Source of the DNA: Guillardia theta CCMP2712
Taxonomy: Eukaryota > Protista > Cryptophyta
Length of the DNA stretch: 40,328 nt
Reading direction: 5' to 3'
Assembly (NCBI RefSeq): GCF_000315625.1
Contig: NW_005434667.1
Span: 172,427 to 212,754 of the forward strand
Shown: piece after piece, positions 10,401 through 22,285 of the stretch
Layout: each line of letters starts with the position of its first letter
Numbering within the stretch: the stretch's first letter is position 1
Position numbers and translations under genes: made by a program
The notes under the pieces: generated by a model
The model's database searches: none
What the model was told of the DNA's origin: nothing
Seen by the model: the letters and a program-made list of their open reading frames with translations, nothing else

Positions 10401-11393
10401 TCGTCGTAGGCGTATTTCACCCAGTCCCCGTACGGTCCGATCATGAGCACGATCTTGTCCCAGTAGAGCACCACGGAGTCTGTGCCGCACCAGACCAGCT
10501 GCAGCGGAGGCACCTGGCTCTTGGTCGGGAACTCTGACAGATTCTTGCTGAAGTCTGTCGTGATCACCCACACAAACCCATCGTGCGTGAAGCAGCAAGC
10601 ATCTTGCCGTTGGGGCAGACACTCATCCGGCGGATCGGGCCTGCCGTCAGCTTCTGATCCTCCACCCCCGTCATGTCAACCACCAGGATCGTCTTGTCCA
10701 CTGCCAGCAGCACCTCCAGCCCCTTCGACTGCGTCATCGACGGCTCTATGATCACCATGCACGTCGGGCTGCTCGCGATGTCCCCCAGCCTCGGCATTCG
10801 CCTTGGGATCGGCTCCTCGAAGTTGTCCACGAAGACGAGAGAATGCGAGCGAGAAAGGCAAACGACTCCCGATCCCCAAATGCAGCAGAGCAGCACACGG
10901 TCGGTCCTGAACTCCTCCCCCATGCTGAAAGTCTGGATGAGTCGCCCAACAGCCGAGAACTGCATCACAGTCCCATCGTCTAGCACCACTATGAGCTTCT
11001 CGTCCGACGTCCAGCCCATCTCCACTACCCGCCCCGTCTTCCATTGCGCCTTCTCACCATGTCAGTACAAGCATCAGACGCGTCCTCTCAGTCACCGGGA
11101 TGGAAGCAAGTAGCGATCCTGAGGAGCTGTAGATGTTGAGGGTCGGCCTTAGCGATCCGGCAGAGATGAGGGAGATTTTCTTGTCATCTCGGAGCATGGC
11201 TGCATACCACAGTCATGGCGACGGTTTGCGCATAGCAGTGCTCACCGAAGGGACCAGCAAATGGCGATCCTGCCACGATCATCTTGGAGAGGTCCACGTC
11301 GCTCCAACTCATCTCGTAGATTTCCTGCTTCCTGTAGTAGCGATCGAACAGCTTGTTCCATCCTCCAGCTCCCGCTAGATGTGCCCAGTCCAT
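7485..11393 (-). CDS. VPS16: Vacuolar protein sorting 16 (HOPS/CORVET core subunit)
   Basis: Starts MDWAHLAGAGGWNKLFDRYYRKQEIYEMSW..IVAGSPFAGP. Hallmark segments include PPLQLVWCGTDSVVLYW, EMDGVRIISSSRCEFLHRVP..IFKIGS, QKQLLKAASYG, QVPLLISM and ALESGDPDLVFLAMLH. Ends EAAEAAVQARDRDMLLSVRSKC...HSGL* (stop 7485-7487). Confidence 0.95.
8548..8641 (+). repeat. (CCT)n microsatellite in a VPS16 intron
   Basis: Long perfect trinucleotide run. It reads (GGA)n on the sense strand. Confidence 0.95.
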
Positions 11394-12346
11394 CGTGTAC
11401 GTGTCCTCTCAACTATCACCCTCACTTCCACTCTCACTCTCTATCTTGAAACGCTCCACACTCAATGGAGGATCGACACATTTACACTCACATTCTCTAC
11501 AGATGTCCTCCCTCCCTCTCTTCTCCCTGCACTGCACCCATCTGTCTTTGATCCCATCCTATCTCTTCTCCTCCTCCTCTCCTCCTCCTCCTCCTCCTCA
11601 CTCCCCTGCTCTCTCCTCCCTCCTGATCCGCGATCTCCACCCTGCTGCCATGGAACAGGTATGACGAGCATCACCACCCACCCTTATTTATAAAGTAACA
11701 GGCACCCCTCCAATATTCCACCCCACCCCCCTTCACGATGACAAGCCACATCGGGGGTGGTGTGTGACCAGTCCATGCACTCATGGCCCTGTTGTGCGAC
11801 GAATGGCTGTCATGGCGATGTATCAATGCACATGGGACGTCAGAGGGATGTTGTAGCACGTAGATGTGAGTAGAGTTGTATGAGCTGTATGTGGAGTGAA
11901 CAGAAACTTGTCGTGTCAGTTGTACACACGAGTTGTTTGAGAGGTGTGAAGGAACTGAATCTATCGTGTGAACCTGCTGCTGTGAAGAGTATCGGGCGTA
12001 GATGTATGTTACAGCAGGATCTATGCAGACCTCAAAGGAATTGTTGCTGCGAGATGGACTTGGCGAATACAGAACTAATCGCTCGCAACTACAGAACGTA
12101 CAAGCGATGAGAAAAGGAGAATGCTCTTGACCTATATGTTGCATCGGCACTCAGGATCTGACACACTATCATGCGCTGCTTGTTTCATTTCATGACATCC
12201 TTTCAGCGCTGCAACCAAACTTTCCATCTTTTCTATCCTTCACGCACAAATGCCTAACGATCGAACAAGCGTGTGAAACTTTCACTGTTCACACCCACGT
12301 CATTCGCGTGAACAGCTTTGTTTCCTTGTTTATTCTGAGGCACGAT

Positions 12347-13287
12347 TTACTTCTTCATGGCCTTGATAGCCTTATTCACAACGCGAGCACGCTGAGAAAA
12401 TCAAGTCAGACCTCACAGCTCCATCAGACATCAACGAACTTACAGTTTTGCGAGCAACCATAACCTTGAAGCGATCGAAGTCGGACAACTTGGCCTTGGC
12501 AGCCTTGCGCGCGATAGTCTTAGCCCAGCTACTCTCCGCCCACTTCTTCTCGACTTCAGCGTCCTTGTAGGCCTTCTCCAAGGTCTTGACACGAGCACCA
12601 GCGGGGATGCTGCACTTGATGGGAGTGATGGAAAGGCGCTTCAAAGGCATCAGCTGTCTCTTGACAGGGTTGGTGGCAGACGGTCCATCGACGAGGGCAA
12701 CCTTGCCTAGTTGAAAGTCAGCGCTGCAAAGTTGAACATGCGAGGATCACCGTCAACAATGGTGACGATCACGACAAGCTTCCCGACAAGAGGACCGTAG
12801 TTCACCAAGCAGACGCGTCCGGCCTCGACCAATCTTCTGTTCTCGTCAGACTAAAATAAAGAAGTCAGCGTTGAAACAGTCTGCGCGAAACGACACACAC
12901 ATCCAACATGAAACATGTATCTCGTACACTGTGACAACAGATCTGCTACCAACTATACAGAAAGGAATGCAGCGATACGCTGTGTTTTCCTCATTCCTTC
13001 TCACAGACCACATACAACAACCGACCCGTGTAATGCTCTGATACGCTTTGATTTTCTCATTCCTTCTCACAGACCAAATACAACCGACCCGTGTAATGCT
13101 CTGACTGAAAAACATTCCGACACGAAAGCAATCCACTTGCCATTTGTCAGCAACACAACAAAGCCAACTTCGTTCAGTCATACTATCCTCAACAAAAGTT
13201 CTTTTACACTATTCAGTCCTCCGATCCGACGTATAAGATGGAAACTCGCAACAGTGTAACAGGGACAGAACATTCAAAGGGAGCCAT
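12347..13287 (-). CDS. RPL14: 60S ribosomal protein L14 (eL14)
   Basis: Spliced MAPFE|RLVEAGRVCLVNYGPLVGKLVVIVTIVD|GKVALVDGPS..VKRQLMPLKRLSITPIK..WAESSWAKTIARKAAKAKLSDFDRFKVMVARKT|RARVVNKAIKAMKK*. The first exon (13274-13287) is assigned by similarity to the MPFKR-type N-terminus and needs a non-canonical donor. Confidence 0.95.
12974..13104 (-). repeat. Tandem duplication of a ~65-nt hairpin-forming unit in RPL14 intron 1
   Basis: gatacgct..ttttc(c)tcattccttctcacagacca.ataca..accgacccgtgtaatgctctga occurs twice, starting near 12974 and 13040. Confidence 0.9.
13143..13196 (-). ncRNA. Candidate short intronic box C/D snoRNA
   Basis: The sense strand reads tttg-t-TGAGGA(C box)...CTGA(D')...CTGA(D)-caaa, with a 4-bp terminal stem, inside a ribosomal-protein intron. 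No rRNA target was confirmed. Confidence 0.35.
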
Positions 13288-13509
13288 AGCAGTGTCAATC
13301 GAACAGTGAGTACAGTTTCCGTCTCTCTGAACGCTTGAACGAGTTATCTTGATATGCATCATCACAGATTCTCTTGCAACACTTCATGAAATCATTCTCT
13401 CACATCATCATTCATCTCATACGTCTCTCCTCCCCTCCTCTCCCCGCTCATCATGCGTAGCCTCACCATTGCTGCTCCCGCCGATGCGTGCGCGTGTGCT
13501 TTGTTTTTT

Positions 13510-14175
13510 TTTTACTACCCTACCCCATTCAGACCCTACCCCTCATGATTTTAACCCCTACCCTGTTTCTATGCACGATAATTTTCACTACCCACGGTAT
13601 GGACCGCTTCAAATCGTCCACCCCCACTTGTTGTCAGGTACCCCTTCTCAAATTTTATATACCCCTACAATTTAGGTCATTTATGGTAACGACACCCCGG
13701 TGTGGACAATCAAAGTTCGAACATTACCACCCTGTTCGACTTGGTACCCACCCCTTTGAGAATTCAACAACTACAAGCCGATGTTTCTCCACCCCTACCG
13801 TGGCTCTTTCATGACCACCGGTACATAATGCATCACCCCCACCTATTGCCTATTCCAGAGCTGCCTTTTACAATTCCTAATGAAAATCCTGAGGCAGACT
13901 TTTTTCTTGATTATCACCCCCCACCCCCTATATTACCATCACATTACAGGGTCTATTTTACCCAATGTCTGAACACCCCACCCAGCCATTCACCCATGAA
14001 CGGATCTTGAAAGTGGGGTATGTAAATATCTCAGTAATTCATGGTGGGTACTCAAAATTGGAAATTTTGGTTCAAAGATACTATGCACTGTCTGATAAAT
14101 TCATGGTGAATACTCAAAATAAAGAGACATATTTGAAATCAGAGGGGAAATTGTGTTCAGGGGTGGGTGTTGTAG
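13510..14175. promoter_or_regulatory. Divergent RPL14 / GRAM-VASt intergenic region with a (T/C)ACCCC cloud switching to GGGGT(A/G)
   Basis: ACCCC/TACCC words dominate 13510-14000 and GGGGT/GGGTA words dominate 14010-14175. Confidence 0.45.
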
Positions 14176-14639
14176 GGGAAGAAGGGGGCAAGGTCGATAG
14201 TCATAATAGCATGGCGAGAGCCGGAGGGAAAGCCGCAGCGAAGGGTTGGGGGCAATGGAGAAATTAGAGTGTTCAAGTAGAAGGATCGATGCTAGAAGAA
14301 GAGTCAAAGATATTTCTTCCTATATCATGAAGAGAAGATGAAGCCTTCGATCCAGGATGCAGAGTAAAGGTATAGCAAGTTTGCACTGTCAACAGAACAA
14401 TTTTGATGATGGTGGAGGAATCTTGGGCAGACAATGCTCAAATCACCGGATGAGCGATTGAGAGGGGGGGAATGCACTCGTTTACCATGATTCACTGCGA
14501 AGATTAGCAGGAGCTGGGCCCAACGAAATCCTTGGAGTGGGTGTGCAAGTGTTCATTACCATATGGTATTTCTGCGATAACAACAGCCACCTATTCTCTA
14601 AGCTTGTCTGAACAGACGACACAATCAGCATCTCTCTCT

Positions 14640-17600
14640 ATGTCAATGTCAATGGATTCGAAAGAGGGTGAGGCTCGGCTATCATCTGGTTCCACTGGTA
14701 ACTTGTCTACCAGTACTCTTGCCGTATGATGAGCAAGAAACCAAAGGAGAGCAGACGCCCACCAGGAGCAGGAGCATTGAAGGGAGCCGGTGGATCGACA
14801 GGCACATGTGCGGCTGCTGTCATTGCTTACCTATGCCAGGATCTACGGATCTCCGTCCAAAGAAGTGTTCAGCCCCAAGCTCCGGCCTGATGCGGTGCTT
14901 GTAGGAATGGAAGGAGGTCTTCTGATAAGAGACAACAGACGCCGTCGAGATCGATAGAGAGTGACATCTTATCGACTGATGAGGTATGTCACCGATGATC
15001 TCCTGCTCTTCGTGCTCCATCTTATATTTCCATACAGCTCCAACAACTCGGTACTACATGAAGGAAATGCAGTGAAGCAATTGCTCATTAACGAACCACC
15101 CTGGAACAGAGCGAGGAAATGAGCGGTCATGGTTTGATAAGTTGATGAAGAAGGTGATTGGAACAATCTCAATCATAGCAAACAAACCTGTTTGTTGTGT
15201 TCACGTTGTTGTGCCTGGCAGGATATTTCCTTCTATCCTCCTGTCGAAGAAGAAGAAGTTAGGGACCCTCTCCACAGAAGGTTTGTCATGATCTTGTGTT
15301 GTGATAGATGTGATGTTCATTGCAAACTTCAGATTCAACTTGCCTTCCTCTGAGCTTCTCATCGAGGACTACGCTTGCGCTCTGCAGGAAATGATCCTCC
15401 TTCAGGTTTTCAGCGCCATGACCGTTGGAAATCGCGAAAAGTTTCTTTGACAATCCTACAAGGGTCGAATGTATCTCTTTCCAAGACACGTCTGCTTTGC
15501 TTGTGATCTACTGGGTAGCGTGCGGAGGTGAGCAGGCAGAGATGTTGAAGATCAGATCTGAGAGTATTTCGACTTCAGCATTGTCATCCCGTACAGTGAA
15601 ATCACTGATATCAGAAAAGCAAAGGTGCGTGAGACGGAAGGGAGCGATGGGCGCTACTTTGCACGATTGTGATCATATGGACAGACTGCCTACATCATTC
15701 CCAATGCCATCGAGATTACAGTCACAGACAACAAATATCTCTTCACTTCTTTCTTGTTCCGGAGGTCCTTTCAGATTCCGCAACAACTCATTGCCTCTTA
15801 TCCCTGTCGTGTAACAGAGAGGCGTACAAGGGTCTGAGCAATTTCTGGGCGATCTCCAAGGTAGAACGAGGAGGAGCGAAGTGAGACAATGCTGAGATGA
15901 GCATCAGGGAATCTCTCGGGCCTTGGAGTCGACTACGGACCAACAGCTTGGAGAAGTAGATGAGGAGGAGGAGGAGGAGTTTGACATGATGAGGAGTTGA
16001 CGATGACGATGACTATGATGACGATGATGATGATGATGATGATGATGATGTGACGAGAAGGAGGTGGAGGAGGTTCTTATTTTCCTACAGGAGGAGGAGG
16101 AGGACGACCCCGAAGGACCTGAGTCAGAGTGGCCAGACAGCTCCAGTGTATGCGAGAGAGCCGAGCAGGCTGAGGCTCTACCGCAAACTCTTGTACCAGA
16201 AGTGCCCAACATGAGCCCAGGAGAGAAAGGTATGTCGGATGTTCGTCACTCCTTCATCCGTCACCTTTGACCGTCCTGCCCTTCCAGTGCAAGGCATGTT
16301 GATCAAAGAAGGCTCAGCAGGAGACTCCGTGCCTGAAATTGACGAAGATATTGTAAGAGAACGGCTTCGGAAGAGATGATTAGGATGAAGATTACGATGA
16401 TAGCTTTTAACGTTGTTTGACGTCATGGTTGTCGATATGAAGGCAGAGACTGAGATACGATTATATCATCACAACGTGGGTAACTTTTATTGTTCGCAAA
16501 CAGGTCTTGGAAGGTCTCTCACATCCACCCAAGAAGACTTCAGGTTCTGCTCGCTCAATTACTCCCTCGCTCCCTCTTCCTCTTCCTCTCCTCCTCTTTG
16601 TCTTCGTCCTTTCCGTCCACCTCTTCCCCCCTCTGACTGTCCTGTTCCATCAGCCGATCTCGACGAGACTTTAGATGAATCTGCCTACCCCGCCGGCATG
16701 TTCTCCGGCACAAGCTCCGAGTTGCGTTGACATTTCTGCAGTGATAGTTGAGACAACGCTGATAGCCTGTGATGTCGTGGAATTCTATCGTTTATTTTTC
16801 TCCCAGTCAACAGGATTCGGGTGATCTGGAGTATATTTCTGTCTTTCTGTTCTCACCTTTCCCGCTGTTAGACGGCAGATGCACAAGAATAGAGGAGACA
16901 CAGATGTCAAGGTGTCAGATTGGAACAAGCTGAACAGGTTCTTGTGCATGAGATGATGGCACAATTTGAAGATTTTGAAAATGGTTTCACAGTGCAAACA
17001 GCAGCTACGCGAGAGAAGTGCAGGTTGATCTCCTTGTTTCATGGCGGCATGTTGTGATCGTTTGCGACTCAGTACACATCTCCGATCAATACTTCTCTGC
17101 CCTCGTTCGTGACCAAGAAGACGACAAGAGTTCGAGAGATGCAGACGTGTAGGCTGGTCAAGGAACCAGCAAGTTTTGTTCTCGAGGTGATGGAAGGTTG
17201 TTGTGTGTGAAGCGGATCTTGACTGTGCTTGCATCATCAGACCTCGGCGTCGATGTTGGAGATTCCTTACGGAGATTGTTTCGACGTAAGACACAACGTG
17301 TTATGTTATGATGTGTTGATGAGAGCAACCGAGATTCTTGCTGTTGTGTGAGGGAGCTGGGAGATAAATCATGCGGGAAGAGGCGGACAGGGCAGAGAGA
17401 TGAGCGGAGAGGAGCGGAATGCATCATGAAGCACTACCCTATGAAAGAAGACTAACTTGTCTTGTCAGGTCTGCATGCGATGGGACGTGCGGAACAGCGG
17501 TGAGTTGACAGATGTGATGGATGGAAGGGATGAACATCTGAGTACAGGAAAGGCGAAAGAGGTCGAGATGACGGTCAGGGGTAACGTCAAGGTCAAGATT

Positions 17601-20375
17601 TTTGCCCCCTTCCTATCCGACCTGTTCTCTATTCCCTTCTTGTCTTCTCTATTCCCTATCTTACCTTATCTTGGCCTGCTCCTCCTCTCTTCTCATCTCC
17701 TCCCCTCCCCTCTCCTCTCCTTATTCTTCAACCGCCTTCCATCCCATTTCTCCCTGTGATTCCATTCTATTACATCACGCTTTCTCTCTTGAGCCCGCGA
17801 TCTCACTCTGTTCCCCTGCCAACAGTTCAAGAAATCTTGTTTCTTCAAGAGCAAGATCACGTCGGATACGATCAAAGAGCTCAAGAAGACCTACGAGAAG
17901 GCAAGAAGTCTCTTCCTTCCTCCCCCCTCTCATCGTCGGTGCAGTGGGTTGCGTTGGCAAAGGAAGTCGCACTCGGAAATGTCGAAATTCCTCCGATCGC
18001 TCCAGTCAGGAGAAAGTAAGTCAAGGAGGAAGCTGGTGGCTGATTTTCATGAGAAGATGCAGAAATTTATTTCATCTGGTGTGAAAATTGAGGCATTGAC
18101 GTTGAAATGTTTCAGATCGTCAGTGCTTGTAGATGCAAACATCAAGGCTGGGACTCGGCCTGAGATTGCTTCGCTGTCAAGACCAAAGTTGCACATTGAG
18201 GCAAGGACTTTGTGTGCATAGCTATCGGTGTCATGGCGATGCTGCTGCTGGAGATGATTGAGATGCTGATGAAGATGATTTTGACGATGACGATGGTGGT
18301 GGTGGTGATGACAACGACGACGTCAATGTTGATGATCGGGGCAGCGATCCACCTGACTAGAGCTTCTCTTCCTCGCAGAGCGACCTCGCTGAAACCGTCA
18401 ATAACTCAGTCAGAACCCCGAAATCAGAATCCATGTGCCTTCTCGTTCAATTTTTTCCTTCTCTTTGTAATCCTTGGCCTCTAGGAAAACTTCCCAGGAG
18501 GTCCAGAGCCCGGCAATGAGTGAGTCTTCCTCTAGTGTGATCGATCCCGCTCAATCCCATCCTTCTCGCAGGAAGTGCGGATAACTCCTTTCCTCCACCT
18601 GCCACGTCGGACTGGAAGCAAACCCTCATGTGCGCTCCTCCTCCTCCTCCTCCATGCTTCTTCAATTCGCTGCAACCGTTCGCTGGTCCGCTCCATTTCT
18701 TCCGGCTCAAGTCTCCCCAGAGCTGAGGGTTCTGTACTACACAGGTGAGCCAGCTGCCTCCCTCTTCNNNNNNNNNNNNNNNNNNNNNNNNNNNNNNNNN
18801 NNNNNNNNNNNNNNNNNNNNNNNNNNNNNNNNNNNNNNNNNNNNNNNNNNNNNNNNNNNNNNNNNNNACTTCAGCCCACACAACATCCTCGTGTCAGTCC
18901 TTGGAGCATCCCTGCTGTGGGTCGGATGGTTCGGTTTCAACGCTGGCTCGTATCTCTCTGCGCACAAGATGGTGAGGGAGCGGCTGTCGACCTGACGGAG
19001 CTTCTGACTTGGTGAGCTGCAGACGGCCATGGCAATGGCGGTGACTCAGATCTCGACCCGCCGTCTCCGCCCTCGCCTGGATGTGCACAGAGTGGATCAT
19101 GCGCAAACGCCCCAGGTGCCTCTCCCCATTCCTTGCTCTTCTTCCTCGGATAACGCCCTGCCGGCAGTGTGCCGGGCATCCCCCCCCCCCCTCCCCCCCC
19201 TTTCCCCCTCCCCTCCTCCTCCTCCTCCTCCTCCTGCTTCTCTGAGGTCGCCTGTAGCTACAGCATCGCTGCACTTGCTGTCTTGTATGTGATCTACACC
19301 ACGGGCACCAGCGTGTACAGGACGTTGTATCCGGTGAGCAGTTGATGTCAAGAGCACGCGAGGATTGTCAGGGTGACGAGGAGGAGCAGGAGCGATTGTC
19401 GTCTTTCAGAGTGGAGGCAGACAGCTGGGGGAGAGGGGGGAGAGGTTCTTCAGACCTACTGTCAATCATGGACATCAAGATACAGCTGTAAGAACAAGAT
19501 GATGATGATGATGACGATGATGATGGTGATGATGACGATGTTGATGTTGTTGTTGTTGATGATGATGATGATGATGACGGGGACGGGGATGGAGATGGAG
19601 ATGTTGCAAAAGGAGCAGGAGGAGTAGAGATCTGATCGAGGAGGTGAAACCTGGTTTCAGGTGGCAGCGAGTGGTGGAAGATGCTATCAACCAGGGCATG
19701 CAACTTGATTCAAGGTGATGAGGACGGATGGAAGGGATCGAGGGGGGAGGATGAGAGTCGAGGGGAAGGAGCAGGAGAGGGAGGAGGACGGGGGGAGGGA
19801 AGAGGAGGATCTCTGAAACTGTTTTCAGCTGCCCCAGTGCGCGAAGTCTCGTGGTGCAGGTAAGGAGAAGCAAAGGGGCGAGGATGGAGGAGGAGGAGAG
19901 AGGATGGAGGAGAACGTGTAGCAAGGATTCTGAGATGGTGAGCAGGCAGCGCATGCAGACGCGATGGTTGAGCTCACACAGAAAGAAATCGACTCAGTGA
20001 GGACCCTTCCGCTCTCCTTCTCCTCCTTTGTCCTTACCCCTTCCGCTCTCCTTCTCCTCCTTTGACCTTACCCCTTCCTCTCTCTCCACGTCTTCCCCTC
20101 ATTTCATCCCCTTCTCGTCGCTGAGATGTCCTCAGGTGGAGATAAGGTTGAACTCGCTCAAGAGACAACTGTCAAAACAACAAGAGCAGGTTCCTCCCCC
20201 TTCTTCTGCCCCTCCACTCCTCCTCCTTCCTCCTCTCCATCCCTCCTCCTCCCCCTTCTTCCAATCCCTCTCCTCACTTTGCCCTCGTTGAAACTGATCA
20301 CAGGCGGAGGAGCTGAAAAAGCTGCTGATGAGAGGAGGTCAACGACTCGAGGAGGGAACGACAGTCAATAGATGA
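14640..20375 (+). CDS. GRAM + VASt (StART-like) + TM + coiled-coil sterol-transfer protein, LAM/GRAMD1/VAD1 family (start approximate; spans an N gap)
   Basis: GRAM: [46 protein letters not shown] (~15270-15515). VASt: [80 protein letters not shown]-like exon [16 protein letters not shown] (~19258-19332). Coiled-coil tail ends at TGA 20373-20375. The link across the gap is inferred from family architecture. Confidence 0.8.
18768..18867. other. Assembly gap (100 N)
   Basis: Run of N. Confidence 1.
18875..19115 (+). pseudogene. Ammonium transporter (Amt/Mep) two-exon fragment with a +1 frameshift
   Basis: [25 protein letters not shown] is the Amt signature. Intron 18972-19022, then [12 protein letters not shown], an extra C near 19059, and [18 protein letters not shown]. 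No other Amt exons are visible in the window. Confidence 0.8.
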
Positions 20376-20954
20376 CAAGATTTCTCCTTTCTAGACTGCT
20401 TCTCCTGCCCTTCCTCCTGCTCTCCTCCTCCCGCCCTCCTCCTATCCCTCTCCTCCTTCACTCCCTCTCCTTCACTCGCTTGTTTTCATGGAGTGTTACC
20501 CGATGGAGGAACATTGACCCCTACCTTGAGCACCCCTACCCTCTCATCGTCTGTCCTTTTAATAATAGAGTACCCCCAACTTCAAATGATTTGACCCACC
20601 CCTACTGTCTCCCCTGGTGAACAAAGAAATGCCCAGGGAACAAACGAAAGCTGGTAGTCATGGTAGGGGAACAACGGGTATGGCAGGGTGCCAGGGCGAC
20701 GAGGGAGGAGGAGGAGGAGGAGGAGAGGGAAGCTGTAGTGAGACAGTAGGTTGAGGAGAACACGCGAATGGTCGAGGAGGAGCACTAGGTACAAAGCTCA
20801 GGATGAGGAGGGGGGAGGGAGGGAGGGAGGAGGTGGTGCAGAGAGTGGGGAAGGGGAAGTGGTGGTGTGAATCAAGACGGAGTTAAACACAAGCACCTGA
20901 CCTTGCTTCACAGATGGGAAGCTCGAGTTGACGCCCTCCTCCCTGAACTTCAGC

Positions 20955-22235
20955 ATGAGGCACCCGCAGGGTGTCACGAGCGGGGGAGGAGGAGTTACAT
21001 CTTCACGACAGCACAAGAACTCTCCGCTCGACCGACTGAAAGGAGCAGGTGACCGTATCGCCAAGTCAGGTCAGATCATCGCCAAGTCAGGACAGAAACT
21101 AACAGAGAAGATGGTGTCCGCCGCCGCCGCCTCTGCCCCGTCCTTTCCGCATCTCTCCTCCTCCTCCTCCTCCTCCTCCGTCCAACAGTCCCTCTCAGAG
21201 GAAGACCTTCTCTCCGACCGGCAGCAGGGCTCGGAGAACGACTGGGTACACATCAACATCGCTCCAGTCCCCTCCCCTCCTGTCGACATCTCCGGCGCCC
21301 ATGGCGCATCGCGCGACTGGAGTGTTATCTTCGACGTTTACAGGGAGGAATACACTCAGCAAATCCGCGCGCTCCAGCAGGCGGCAAGGGCAGACGGATC
21401 TGCTGCCATGAAGAATGCTCTGCGAGGGTTCCAGAGGAACCAGACCATGTGCGAGGAGATGGCGGCGGCACGAGACCGGCAGGACGGTCCGCATGCAGAG
21501 ATCTTTCGGGCGCATGCGGAGGTGATGGAGAAAGTGATCGCTGCTCGTGAAGCCTATCACATGTGAGGAGAAGGAGGGAGGAAGAGGAGGAGGAGGAATA
21601 TCAGGGGACGGGGTAAGGGGGAAGGGGGAGCTGGGGAATACCATAGGAAGGAGGAAGGAGTGATTCGACTTGGCAGTTTCGAAACTGCTCATCGGAGCAT
21701 CTCGAGCGTGGAAAATCCATCTCTTGATTTCAGAAAACGGGTGAGATGATAATGATAATGACAATGATAATGACGATTACGATGATGATGATTGTGGTGA
21801 TTTCGATGATTGTGCGATGATGTTGATGATTTCAGGTAGTTGAGTTAGGAAACATCGCGATGTCAAGTTTTCAGAGTCTGCAGGTACGTTTACCTCTCTT
21901 CTCACACCCGTGTCATGGTTGTCCACAGACAGAAGCTCTTCGACTTCGGCAGGTCGTCGAGAGAAGGTGGAAAGAGGAGGGTCGAGCGATGGGAGCAGCT
22001 CAATGCGGTACAGGACGGCAAATCAAGACAACAACTCCATTCTCTACTCAGGTTGTCTCCCTTCCTCGCCTTCTTCTTGCGATGATTGCTTCTTGAAGGC
22101 CTGTTGAAACTCGTGCTCAACTTCCTGCAAGAGAGAGTTGGAACTCTCGGACAACTGAAACAGGTGCAGTTAGAGAAGATGATAAATATATGACGATGAA
22201 GTTGACCATGATCTCAAAGATAGTGATGAAAATTG

Positions 22236-22285
<50 letters not shown>

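Noticed and set aside
9590-10537. 315-aa plus-strand ORF
   Set aside because: It is the antisense shadow of the GC3-rich VPS16 exon.
12974-13104. Direct repeats as a CRISPR array or rRNA fragment (GGTCTGTGA resembles an 18S word)
   Set aside because: There are only two adjacent units with no spacers or cas genes, the context is a eukaryotic intron, and the rRNA-like match is too short to be meaningful.
14270-17430. Possible minus-strand gene suggested by several short ORFs
   Set aside because: Plus-strand exons give clear GRAM and VASt motifs across this interval.
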